This document shows, in pieces, positions 19,218 through 27,611 of a stretch of 64,000 nt of DNA. Origin of the DNA: a virus; the IMG/VR virus record IMGVR_UViG_3300038393_001027, positions 32,001 to 96,000 of that record; one strand, given 5' to 3'. The position numbers were made by a program, and so were the translations under genes. Numbering within the stretch: the stretch's first letter is position 1; each line of letters starts with the position of its first letter. Below the pieces are notes generated by a model that saw nothing but the letters and a program-made list of their open reading frames with translations, searched no databases and had not been told where the DNA came from.

Positions 19218-19261
19218 GTGTGATGCAACCCCTTCGGTTTGATTGGGGGCGATAGTCGCCG

Positions 19262-19304
19262 CCCCCTCATTATTTCCGTACACCGGGCCTCTAGGCCTGT
19301 GACA
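19262..19304 (-). promoter_or_regulatory. Repeated promoter-like motif, copy 5
   Basis: TGTCACAGGCCTAGAGGCCCGGTGTACGGAAATAATGAGGGGG. Confidence 0.75.
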
Positions 19305-19506
19305 CAGCCTTTATCAGCAGGCTTGCGGCATAGCCGTGCCAGCGCTCGTCATCAAGTTGGGTCTCCGTGAAGACCACCATCGTACGGCCACGCCGGACAA
19401 TCCGGCGCACCTTGCCCGGCCGGGATGTTCCGGCCGGGCGCCGCAAGGCTACCATGTCACCGATGACCACCCGGCCATCCCAGATCGTGGCGCTTTTGCA
19501 GTCCAT
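19291..19506 (-). CDS. Small hypothetical protein (SH3/KOW-like)
   Basis: IGDMV..GKVRRI pattern; stop lies inside motif copy 5. Confidence 0.5.
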   Translation of the reverse strand: MDCKSATIWDGRVVIGDMVALRRPAGTSRPGKVRRIVRRGRTMVVFTETQLDDERWHGYAASLLIKAVSQA

Positions 19507-19507
19507 G

Positions 19508-19987
19508 CTAGGCGCCCTGCTTCCAGTAACGGTTCTCGATGGGGCCGTGGTTCATGACCGTATCACAGTCGTACATGGCCCAGCGTCCGGTTGACACCGA
19601 CTCAAAGCTGAATGGAGCCACAATCTCAATCTTCTCGATGACCTTACCGCTGACATCCATGTCTACGATCAGATCACCTACCGATAAGCTGTTCATGTTG
19701 TAGCAATCATACCCTGCCTGCCGAGCCTCCTCATCCAGATGCTCCAACACACCAACCGGATCCTCTTCAACCCGGTTGAACTCACGGAAGATGTGCTGAT
19801 CACGCTGAAGCGGAGTTAGCTCACCTTCCCAGACCATGCGGTAGAGGGGCGCTGTCTTCTCGGTGAAGCATCCCTTCCGTGCGTCAAAGTAGGCCTTCAG
19901 CGTCTCCGAGTCAATTGGCTGACCTGCCCCATCGAAAACCTTATTCATGTCGATCTGGTAGATGCGAACCATCATGCTGATGACCAC
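19508..19987 (-). CDS. YodL-like domain protein
   Basis: IYQI..YRMVWEG..IFREFN..SLSVGDLIV..FSF matches the YodL pattern. Confidence 0.65.
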   Translation of the reverse strand: MVISMMVRIYQIDMNKVFDGAGQPIDSETLKAYFDARKGCFTEKTAPLYRMVWEGELTPLQRDQHIFREFNRVEEDPVGVLEHLDEEARQAGYDCYNMNSLSVGDLIVDMDVSGKVIEKIEIVAPFSFESVSTGRWAMYDCDTVMNHGPIENRYWKQGA

Positions 19988-20032
19988 CTTTCGTTTGATG
20001 GGGGCGGGGTGGCCGCCCCCGTTGTGCCTTAG

Positions 20033-20710
20033 CTACGCTGAGACAACTACCACGGCGTGCTCCAGCGTCGGGATCTCCTGCCGACGGTTCCGGTCGTAGC
20101 CTTGCGATGCCCACAGCAGGTAGAACCGATCGTAGATCTTCTCGACCATGGCCGTTTGCACCCCAGCCTTGTAGACGTACCACTGGTTCTCGTTCTCCTG
20201 CAGGATCTCGATGGCCTCCGGGTCGGTCACCTTGAAGGGGACGTGATCGAACAGGGAAACACGCTTCAACTTACCGCCTACGCAGATGTAGGCCTCATGA
20301 TCCGACTTCAGCGTTCCATTCGGGAAGTAGCACTTCGTCCACGCGATGGCGTGTGCCACCTGCTGAGGCTTACCCGTCAGTCCATGGAGGTGGGTACCCA
20401 TATCCCGAACCACCCAGACGAAACCGTTTGTCAGATAGTCAGGGTGCTTCGCCAGCGCCTCTAAGTCATGCAAGAAGTCCTCGTGGTAGGCGTTGATCTT
20501 CTTCGATGCGATCTCGGCCATCTGCTGGACCACCGGGTTGGCGCCCAGCTTGCGCCACAGACGCTGGATGCTCTTCAGCCGGGCCTCGTACGTGCGAAGC
20601 TCTTCCATACGGAACTCGGTAGAGCCGTGCTCCTCGATGCAGGCCTTCATGCTCTGAATGCCGTCTTTGCACTTGGTCTCGATCACGGTCACAATGGCAG
20701 GCTTCGTCAT
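20033..20710 (-). CDS. Hypothetical protein
   Basis: MTKPA start behind AAGGGGG, downstream of motif copy 6. Confidence 0.75.
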   Translation of the reverse strand: MTKPAIVTVIETKCKDGIQSMKACIEEHGSTEFRMEELRTYEARLKSIQRLWRKLGANPVVQQMAEIASKKINAYHEDFLHDLEALAKHPDYLTNGFVWVVRDMGTHLHGLTGKPQQVAHAIAWTKCYFPNGTLKSDHEAYICVGGKLKRVSLFDHVPFKVTDPEAIEILQENENQWYVYKAGVQTAMVEKIYDRFYLLWASQGYDRNRRQEIPTLEHAVVVVSA

Positions 20711-20748
20711 GGTGGGGTCCCCCTTGGTTTTGTTGGGGGCGCAGGGCG

Positions 20749-20791
20749 CCCCCTCATTTCTCTCGTACACCGGGCTACTGAAGCTGTGACA
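20749..20791 (-). promoter_or_regulatory. Repeated promoter-like motif, copy 6
   Basis: TGTCACAGCTTCAGTAGCCCGGTGTACGAGAGAAATGAGGGGG. Confidence 0.75.
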
Positions 20792-21104
20792 CCTTGGTAT
20801 AGATGGCGTTCAGCCGCCGCAGGTACTCATCCGCCCGGCCACGGAGCCAGTCGATGCGGCCAGCCTCGTCCTCGGAGAAGACCGGGCCGTAGCTGTTAAG
20901 ACCGTCGATGAAGTTCAGTACGCCAATCGCCCGCGCCAGCCAGCGGCTGGCATTCTTGTAGTACTCCGCTAGACGGCGCCCAGCCGCCGGGTTGGAGAAT
21001 GCGTACTCAGCAACGTTTTCAGCCGCCTTTAAAATCTCTAAGGTCTTGTCGATGTCCTGCGTCAGCGCCGCGATGCCTGCCTGCTGGGCCTTGATGTCAA
21101 GCAT
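20775..21104 (-). CDS. Hypothetical protein
   Basis: MLDIKA start behind AAGGAG; stop lies inside motif copy 6. Confidence 0.65.
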   Translation of the reverse strand: MLDIKAQQAGIAALTQDIDKTLEILKAAENVAEYAFSNPAAGRRLAEYYKNASRWLARAIGVLNFIDGLNSYGPVFSEDEAGRIDWLRGRADEYLRRLNAIYTKVSQLQ

Positions 21105-21177
21105 GCCGATCCGCTCCTTCGCTATCATTATGGACGATCTTGGACAACTACACACATGGGAAAGGCAGGGAGCGCTT

Positions 21178-21375
21178 CTAACCGAAGCGCTCCGTCGTCT
21201 TGAAACGGGCCTCAGCTTCAAGATAGGCCTCGTCAGGGTCTCTGGGATGGGCCAGAACCGTTAGCTCCGTGCCATCCTTGAACCAGAAGGTCATGCTGTC
21301 GTCCCAAAGCTCAACGCGGTCGATCAACTTACCTTCGAAGACCTCAGTTAGGCGCTTGGATGCCTGCTCCTTCAT
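21178..21375 (-). CDS. Hypothetical protein
   Basis: Coupled to the upstream gene by ATGA overlap. Confidence 0.6.
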   Translation of the reverse strand: MKEQASKRLTEVFEGKLIDRVELWDDSMTFWFKDGTELTVLAHPRDPDEAYLEAEARFKTTERFG

Positions 21376-21773
21376 TCCAAACCCCACCTTTTCCGCAGTT
21401 CAGTGTGCAGGGCCTTGTAGATGGTCCGGGTCTTCAACCACTCCACCGGGTCAGCGTTCATTAACGCCTCCATCTCACGTTCGAAAGCGTCCTGCGCTCC
21501 ATCACCGTGGGGCCGCGTACCAAAGACGTAGTAACGCAGGATGAACGCATCTAGGTAGCGCTTTGCGTTCCGCTCCAACATACACACGGTGTTGTGCAAG
21601 TGGTTGGTATCCATCTGCGACGGAACCAGCTTGCGTCCGTCACGGGTTACCCAGATCGTGGAGTCCAACCACGTCAGGTCATCGTCAGACACCACCTGCT
21701 TAGGCGCCACCCGCTTGGATGGCGCCTTCGGCGCAGGCTTCAGCCAGCCGAACAGCTTCTGCCACAGGTTCAT
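21372..21773 (-). CDS. Hypothetical phage protein
   Basis: WVTRDGR..SQMDT.HL.N motif; 133 aa. Confidence 0.7.
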   Translation of the reverse strand: MNLWQKLFGWLKPAPKAPSKRVAPKQVVSDDDLTWLDSTIWVTRDGRKLVPSQMDTNHLHNTVCMLERNAKRYLDAFILRYYVFGTRPHGDGAQDAFEREMEALMNADPVEWLKTRTIYKALHTELRKRWGLE

Positions 21774-21775
21774 TC

Positions 21776-22033
21776 CTACTTACCCCCCACGTAGATGCTG
21801 TAGACCTCGACCGGGGCCATGGCCCGCTCGTTCCCCTCCGGGTAAACGTTCAGGTGGTAGCCTGTGCCTGCCCCGCTCAGGGCATCCATCGAAGTAGAGA
21901 CCCCGCACGGCTCGTTTGTAGGATCCCCGGTGCCGTGGTAGTGTCGGACGCCGTACTCAGCACAGATGTCTTGTACGATCTCCCAAGCCTTGGACCACGT
22001 GGCCGCCTTGTGCACCTTGCGTTCCTTCAGCAT
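21776..22033 (-). CDS. Hypothetical protein
   Basis: MLKERK start downstream of motif copy 7. Confidence 0.65.
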   Translation of the reverse strand: MLKERKVHKAATWSKAWEIVQDICAEYGVRHYHGTGDPTNEPCGVSTSMDALSGAGTGYHLNVYPEGNERAMAPVEVYSIYVGGK

Positions 22034-22069
22034 GATCACTCCACCCTTCGTTTGATTGGGGGCCGGGCG

Positions 22070-22112
22070 CCCCCTCATTATTCTCGTACACCTGCCCACA
22101 AAGGCTGTGACA
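22070..22112 (-). promoter_or_regulatory. Repeated promoter-like motif, copy 7
   Basis: TGTCACAGCCTTTGTGGGCAGGTGTACGAGAATAATGAGGGGG. Confidence 0.7.
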
Positions 22113-22500
22113 GGTTATTATTTTAGAAAATTCTGGCACACTTCCCCATATATCTATATATAGATATAGATATAGATAGATATAGATAGATATTTAAATA
22201 AATCATCATTCATATCATTATCATCATCTAGATCAATCTCAAGCCTTTTGGTTTCCGGCCGGGGCCGCTGGGGCAACTACCCTTTTTGTGGGTCGCAACT
22301 CGTTATCCTTTGAAAGGCTATCAACTCGGTGACTCTGAAAGTAACACACTTCACCGCCGCTGAGCCGCGAAAAAATAAAAAGAAAAACACCCGGCGATTT
22401 TTATTTTTACTTTTGGGGGAGGGGGGGCCTCTTTTGAAAATGTAATGCGTGAAAGGCTACCAGTTGATAGCCTTTCACGCATTTGACGTTGCCGTCGGGT
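22113..22500. other. AT-rich non-coding locus with palindromes and TAGATA repeats; candidate replication origin or terminus
   Basis: 20-bp palindrome 22149-22168, TAGATA-like repeats to ~22195, 16-bp perfect inverted repeat 22444-22483, inverted copy at 22311-22326. Confidence 0.45.
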
Positions 22501-22501
22501 T

Positions 22502-23098
22502 TCAGGTGGTCTCGATCTCGTCAATGATGATCAGTTCAGCGTCAAGTCCAGTACCCAAATACTCGGGGTGCCCGTTTGTCGTCCGGTAGTATAGGTAGCT
22601 GGTTGGCTGTGTCTGCGCTTTGGGCTTCCGGTTCCGGGATCGGAACTTGGGGCGTCTGCATCGCTCGCCAAGGCGCTGTATGAGGGATTTAGCGCCCCCG
22701 ATCCCTGCGGGCCGCTCACCCTTCGTCCGGATCAGTGCGTAGTCGCCCCAGCTTCCCAGCCGCAGGAACCGCTCGGACTGGATGAACAGGTTCGCTTCAC
22801 GGCGGCTGGGCGCCCATGCGATGCTCTGCCCGATCACTCGGTCGAAGATGCGCCAGCCGGGTCTGGTTACGTCCTTCAAGAGCTTGCGGTACTGTTCATT
22901 CATCCGGGACACCTCCCGCGGGTTCCGGAAATACCGGGTCGGGATGCCTGACGCCTCACACAACTGCATCAGCAGACGCTTCTCGTATTCTGCCATGTTC
23001 ACTTCGAACGTACCACGCAACGGCATGATCTGTACACCGTTGCGGCCGATCGTCTTGCCCTGTGCATGGGCCTTCAGCGCTTCTTCAAAGCTTGCCAT
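22502..23098 (-). CDS. Hypothetical protein
   Basis: 198-aa ORF behind AAGGAGG. Confidence 0.7.
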   Translation of the reverse strand: MASFEEALKAHAQGKTIGRNGVQIMPLRGTFEVNMAEYEKRLLMQLCEASGIPTRYFRNPREVSRMNEQYRKLLKDVTRPGWRIFDRVIGQSIAWAPSRREANLFIQSERFLRLGSWGDYALIRTKGERPAGIGGAKSLIQRLGERCRRPKFRSRNRKPKAQTQPTSYLYYRTTNGHPEYLGTGLDAELIIIDEIETT

Positions 23099-23662
23099 CT
23101 AACGGGCCTCCTTTAGGTAGTACGTGTCGCCCCGCTCCAGTGCCGCTTTGACCGCCGCTTCTAGTAAGTCGGTTGTTCCAGCCTCACCACTCGCCCGGTC
23201 AAGGTATTTGAGCGCGGCGGCTTCGTCTAGGCGCACAAGTGGTTGAACTTTGCGGTAGCTGTTCAGCATCAGGATCTCGCCTGAAGGCTCATAGGTGAAG
23301 TAGACCTTGTTGGGGTCCAGCTTCATCAGGCTCACGTAGCTCCGAAAGACGTGACGGCCAACGTTGCTTAGGATGGTGTAGAACCACGGCCGGGCGCCCG
23401 GCGGGGCCGTCTGGGGCGGAATTCGGCGCCCCAGACGAAGGTGCCCCGTCAGTGGCCGCTCCGGGGGAAACCACTCATAGCCGTCTTCGTCAGGCATGAA
23501 AACCTGAACCATGGTAATGTCGTGGTTGGTGTGGAACTTCGCCTGCGCGTGCGCATACAGCCAATCGAAGTTCTCAGCAGTGTTAGGCGTTGGGACCGGG
23601 AGGCGCGTTTCCCATGGACGCCCCCGGTCGCCAAACCACTTGAAAGTTGCCTGATGGCTCAC
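23099..23662 (-). CDS. Hypothetical protein
   Basis: GTG start overlapping upstream stop (GTGA), GGAGG RBS. Confidence 0.65.
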   Translation of the reverse strand: MSHQATFKWFGDRGRPWETRLPVPTPNTAENFDWLYAHAQAKFHTNHDITMVQVFMPDEDGYEWFPPERPLTGHLRLGRRIPPQTAPPGARPWFYTILSNVGRHVFRSYVSLMKLDPNKVYFTYEPSGEILMLNSYRKVQPLVRLDEAAALKYLDRASGEAGTTDLLEAAVKAALERGDTYYLKEAR

Positions 23663-24813
23663 TTCCGGCGTTCCTCCTTGCCCTTGGCCCACTGCTCCAT
23701 CTGCTCCAGCGTTTTGAAGAAGGTGGCCTCTTGCTTGTCACTGGCAAACTCGCCGTACTGCACGAGGCGCCCCATGATGTCGTCCAGCATGGCGAACTTC
23801 TCAGCTTGGCTGGGCATCCACTGGCCCAAGCTGGGATTGAAACCCTTCTTCTCGCTCCACTTGATGTGTGCGATGGCCTCCACCCGGCTGATCACGCCCT
23901 GCCACTTGTTCACGTTGGAGGCCTCATCCTGTGGCTGGGACCGCTTCATCTGCTTCTCGACGGCGGCGATCATGCCCTCGGTGGGGATCCAACCTGTGAC
24001 GTCGCTCAGGTAACGGCCGAACTTCTGGCGCATGGACGCCCAGAACTCGTTGCCCGGATCCTCAGCGGCCTTTTGCTGGATGAACTCCATGTGGGTACCG
24101 AACTTAGCCTTGCGCTCCGCAAGCTGGGCGGCCTCGGCCGCCTTACGCTCGGCCTGCAGGCGTTGGATCTCTGCGTCGGCGGTCTCTTTGGCTTCCGCCA
24201 GCTTGCCGATGGGGTTATCCAGCATGTGCCTACGGGCAAACTCGATGATGCCGCCCATCTTCTTCTCGCCATGCTCACCAGACTCGATGGCCCGCCGGGC
24301 CTCGAAGAGCGGGTGTGGCAGGAAGGCGTTCTCACCGTTCAGGGCCTTGAAGGCCTTGATGTAGTCCAGTACGTCCTTAAACCGCTCAACATAGGTGACC
24401 TTACGCTCAGCGGCACGAGCCTCCTTCTGCTTCTTCTGGAACTCCTTTTGAAGCTCGGCTGTCTTCAGTTCCGCCAGCCGGGCCTGCGACGGGTTCACGA
24501 TGGCGTAGTTACCCAGACAGTCGCACCCAAGCACACGCTCCCGGAAGATGTCGCCGGGTCCCGTCTGCCAGCACACCTGCTTGTAAATGATCGGGTGCCC
24601 GCAAAGCTGGCAGGAGACCGGGATCGGGATGCCGTTGGGTAACCGTGACTCTTCCGTGTGGCCGTACTTGATGTATTTGGCCGGGTCGTCACCGTCAGGG
24701 ATCCCCCAAGCCTGTAGCTGTTCGATGATGCGTCGTTCGTAGTTCCGGGCCTGTGCGCTGTTGCCGAAGGTACCCTCGATCTTCTGCGCCGCCGCCGTTG
24801 CCTTCTTAGGCAT
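23659..24813 (-). CDS. Hypothetical protein with Zn-binding motif and coiled coil
   Basis: CQLCGHPI..LGCDC; GGGAGG RBS. Confidence 0.8.
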   Translation of the reverse strand: MPKKATAAAQKIEGTFGNSAQARNYERRIIEQLQAWGIPDGDDPAKYIKYGHTEESRLPNGIPIPVSCQLCGHPIIYKQVCWQTGPGDIFRERVLGCDCLGNYAIVNPSQARLAELKTAELQKEFQKKQKEARAAERKVTYVERFKDVLDYIKAFKALNGENAFLPHPLFEARRAIESGEHGEKKMGGIIEFARRHMLDNPIGKLAEAKETADAEIQRLQAERKAAEAAQLAERKAKFGTHMEFIQQKAAEDPGNEFWASMRQKFGRYLSDVTGWIPTEGMIAAVEKQMKRSQPQDEASNVNKWQGVISRVEAIAHIKWSEKKGFNPSLGQWMPSQAEKFAMLDDIMGRLVQYGEFASDKQEATFFKTLEQMEQWAKGKEERRK

Positions 24814-24888
24814 GTGAAACCCTCCCTATTGCTGTTGGGGCCGGGTGGGTCCGGCCCCTACCTCTATTCTAAACGAAACTGGACAATC

Positions 24889-25344
24889 TTACTCAATCGG
24901 CGCGTAGAAGGCAACAGGCTCCCCTGTCACGTTGTCATGGCGGCTGATGACTGTGAAGCCCTTCGTGTCCAGATCCTTTTGGCGGGACTGTCGGACGACT
25001 TCCATGTACTCAGCGCCCCGGTCCCGGTAGCGGTCCCGCTTGTAGTAGCGGTTCATGAACTCTTCCAGCGTCTTGACGTCGGTCACCCTGTACTTGCGGG
25101 CGCTCTCATAAGCGCCCCAGTACTCCTCCACCTTGCCGTTTCGCCGGAAGGTCATGAAGGTATAGTCACCCCGCGTGACCTTCAGGACATGCGCGGCGGC
25201 GTTCGAGGCATCCGGGTTGTCGATGAGGAACTGCCGAGCGGCGGCGACGGCCTCCTCTTCGGTCTCGAAGAAGTGATCCTTGTTTAGGGGCTTGGTCGCA
25301 TCAAAGCTGTCAATCACAGTCTGCAGGCCGTAGGGCTTCGTCAT
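24889..25344 (-). CDS. Hypothetical protein
   Basis: 151-aa ORF behind AAGGAGG. Confidence 0.75.
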   Translation of the reverse strand: MTKPYGLQTVIDSFDATKPLNKDHFFETEEEAVAAARQFLIDNPDASNAAAHVLKVTRGDYTFMTFRRNGKVEEYWGAYESARKYRVTDVKTLEEFMNRYYKRDRYRDRGAEYMEVVRQSRQKDLDTKGFTVISRHDNVTGEPVAFYAPIE

Positions 25345-25380
25345 GGTGATAGCCTCCTTGGGTGTGGTTGGGGATCGGGT

Positions 25381-25923
25381 CTAGTCAGTGAAGATCGATC
25401 GGAACTTGACGACCCAGCAGAGGCGCTGGTGCCGATCTGCAAAGTAGTGGCCGTCCAGATAGGTTTGGCCGATGCCGTCAAAACCGCTGGAACCCAACTG
25501 CGGAAACCGCTTCATGGCCTCCGGCCACACCGTCTTGGCCCACTCCTCAATCTGAGCCTTCGTGACCACCTGCGGGTCTACCATCACGGCATAGAGCGTC
25601 TCACTGTCGGCATAGGGACGGGGCTGGCCTGCGGCGATGCAGACCACGTAGTTGCCCGATAGCAGTTGTGGCTTACGGTCAAACTGGCCGTAGCCTTCGA
25701 GTCGGGGCGTATAGCTGGAATCAGGCGCCGGGGCCGAGGCGCCATTAGCTACGTAGCCGTTCATAGCAAAGTTCCGGGCCGTGTCCATCGCCGCCTTGAA
25801 GTCCAGTCGCATGAAACCCTGCATGGGAAGCCCGTTCTCACAGACGTCGTGCTTGTCACGCTGATCAGGATTCCGTCGTACGCTAAACCGATGCGCCGTG
25901 TAAGGATAAGTCACTTCAGTCAC
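25381..25923 (-). CDS. Hypothetical protein
   Basis: 180-aa ORF overlapping upstream gene end. Confidence 0.7.
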   Translation of the reverse strand: MTEVTYPYTAHRFSVRRNPDQRDKHDVCENGLPMQGFMRLDFKAAMDTARNFAMNGYVANGASAPAPDSSYTPRLEGYGQFDRKPQLLSGNYVVCIAAGQPRPYADSETLYAVMVDPQVVTKAQIEEWAKTVWPEAMKRFPQLGSSGFDGIGQTYLDGHYFADRHQRLCWVVKFRSIFTD

Positions 25924-26125
25924 CCTCCTTGCTGTTGGTCGGCGGCTTCAGCGGCTGGAAGTTGGTGTCGATGCCCAACCGGGTGCACTCCTTCTCAATG
26001 GCCGCATGGGCAAGGTTCAACTTCTCCTGCAGGTCGGCGGCCTCCACCGGATCAGTGGTTCGGCGCGGGGCATCTTTCAGATTCCGAGCCTCGATGTTCA
26101 GGAAGCAAAGTCGGTTTGTGTCCAT
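25916..26125 (-). CDS. Hypothetical protein
   Basis: MDTNRL start behind GAGGAGG, downstream of motif copy 8. Confidence 0.65.
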   Translation of the reverse strand: MDTNRLCFLNIEARNLKDAPRRTTDPVEAADLQEKLNLAHAAIEKECTRLGIDTNFQPLKPPTNSKEGD

Positions 26126-26135
26126 AGTGGTATCC

Positions 26136-26177
26136 CTCCTCATTATTGTCGTACACCGGGCTACATGGGCTGTGACA
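26136..26177 (-). promoter_or_regulatory. Repeated promoter-like motif, copy 8
   Basis: TGTCACAGCCCATGTAGCCCGGTGTACGACAATAATGAGGAG. Confidence 0.75.
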
Positions 26178-26296
26178 ACAGCTTTTCTGGACTAGTTTAC
26201 CCGACTTTGGACAAATTAAACCCCGGCGCCCGGCCGGGGTTCAGCGGTTGCCCGGCGCCCAGCCGGGGTGCATATGGGTGAAGCGACCGGGGTATC

Positions 26297-26725
26297 CTAG
26301 TTCTGCGGAGGTACCGCCGCCGATGGTGCCGTCTTGGGTTTGTTCCAGTGCACTGCCGCTTCAAGGGCCGTCTCGATGGCGGTGCGCATCGCCTTCAACT
26401 CGTTGTCGTCAACATCAATATCAACCTTCAGTAGATCTTCCACCATCTCAACGGCCCGATCGAGCCGTTCCTCAGGTGCCAACTGACCTGACTTCCACAA
26501 CTGTTCGACCGCCGCGTAGGCCGTGTGTGCGTGCTGGATGATCAACTCTGCGATGTTCCTGTGCTGGGGGTCCTTGTCCAGCTTGGCCGCTAGTCGATCG
26601 GCCGCCCCAATAACAGCCTGCGCAACCTGAAGAACCGGATCAAGGCTCTTACCACGCTTCAACAGCGCGGAAAACACTTCCACGACGACAACGATGATAA
26701 ACACAACCACAAAGTCTTGCCACAC
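26297..26725 (-). CDS. Holin, LL-H-like family
   Basis: One N-terminal TM helix; AYAAVEQ..AIETALEAAV pattern; next to endolysin. Confidence 0.7.
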   Translation of the reverse strand: MWQDFVVVFIIVVVVEVFSALLKRGKSLDPVLQVAQAVIGAADRLAAKLDKDPQHRNIAELIIQHAHTAYAAVEQLWKSGQLAPEERLDRAVEMVEDLLKVDIDVDDNELKAMRTAIETALEAAVHWNKPKTAPSAAVPPQN

Positions 26726-26854
26726 AGTAAGACCTCCCTAATCAATCTTGGACAAAACGAGTTTCCACGTTCAATCTAAAAGCTCCTGCTTCTGAAAGAA
26801 AGTTGACTTTGAGAATCCCAACATAAGCCGCCTACTACAGGCGTTTACATAGCA

Positions 26855-26887
26855 GAAGGGTGTTGCGTTTTAAGCGCAACACCCTTC
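26855..26887 (-). terminator. Hairpin after endolysin
   Basis: 13-bp stem GAAGGGTGTTGCG/CGCAACACCCTTC. Confidence 0.6.
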
Positions 26888-26894
26888 AAAACAC

Positions 26895-27611
26895 CTATCG
26901 GGACTTGATCACCCGCTGAAGCATTAAGGCAAACTCCCACCACTGCACAGGCTGGTAAGGATGCCGGACCGTCTGCAGGAAAGACTGTTCCTTTCCATCG
27001 ATGGTCACCTTGATCTGCGTTAGGTCCTGCACAGCCTTGTACTGCCAGTCGTCAGCCTTCCCGTAAGCTGTGGACCACTCCACAAGCTTAGCACTAACGG
27101 CGCCCCGGAAGTCAGGGAAGCTCTTACCGTACCGGGCGAAGAAGGCGATCGGATCCTGATGATCGGTCTCACTCGGGTAAAGCTTGGAGATGTCAGCATG
27201 GCTCTTGAGCTTCTCCGTGGCCCAGCCCATCCGCCAGCAGATGTCAGCGGCCAGCCAAACTGCCCGGTTCCATGCCTCAGTGAACTGCCGAACCTGCTCA
27301 GCCCAAGCGAGCTTCGTGTCAGGCTCACAGATCTCCATGGAAAGGGCCTTCTTGTTGGCTGTTGGACCCTGTGCTGGGGCCAGCATGCCTTCAGGTACCA
27401 CGCAGGAGATGGAATCCCAGTCAAGGTAGTAGTTGGCCCAGCCGTGCTGGCGGGCGCTGTTCAGCCACTTGTAGTGAGCCTCATCACCTACGCCGGGGTT
27501 GGCCGTGCTGTGGATGACCAGATACTCAGGCTGAATCGGAATTCGCTCCTGAATGGCATCGTCCAGCAGACGCTGAAAGACCGGGTACTCGGGCCGCAAC
27601 GGGTACGTCAT
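26895..27611 (-). CDS. Endolysin, N-acetylmuramoyl-L-alanine amidase (Amidase_2 type)
   Basis: VIHSTAN, SMEICE, SH..HQDP Zn-amidase motifs. Confidence 0.9.
   Translation of the reverse strand: MTYPLRPEYPVFQRLLDDAIQERIPIQPEYLVIHSTANPGVGDEAHYKWLNSARQHGWANYYLDWDSISCVVPEGMLAPAQGPTANKKALSMEICEPDTKLAWAEQVRQFTEAWNRAVWLAADICWRMGWATEKLKSHADISKLYPSETDHQDPIAFFARYGKSFPDFRGAVSAKLVEWSTAYGKADDWQYKAVQDLTQIKVTIDGKEQSFLQTVRHPYQPVQWWEFALMLQRVIKSR

Noticed and set aside
9412-26143. ORF-track N-terminal extensions such as MYGSNEG, MYESNEG, MYGNNEG, MYERNEG as a shared leader peptide
   Set aside because: They are translations of the DNA motif from its GTG; the real starts lie downstream behind strong RBSs
6011-26177. 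Repeated motif as a CRISPR array or integron attC series
   Set aside because: Copies are kilobases apart, lack attC-type dyad structure, and no cas or integrase gene is in the window
26221-26296. GC-rich hairpins as tRNA or ncRNA
   Set aside because: No cloverleaf or T-loop consensus; better explained as terminator/processing hairpins between late and early regions
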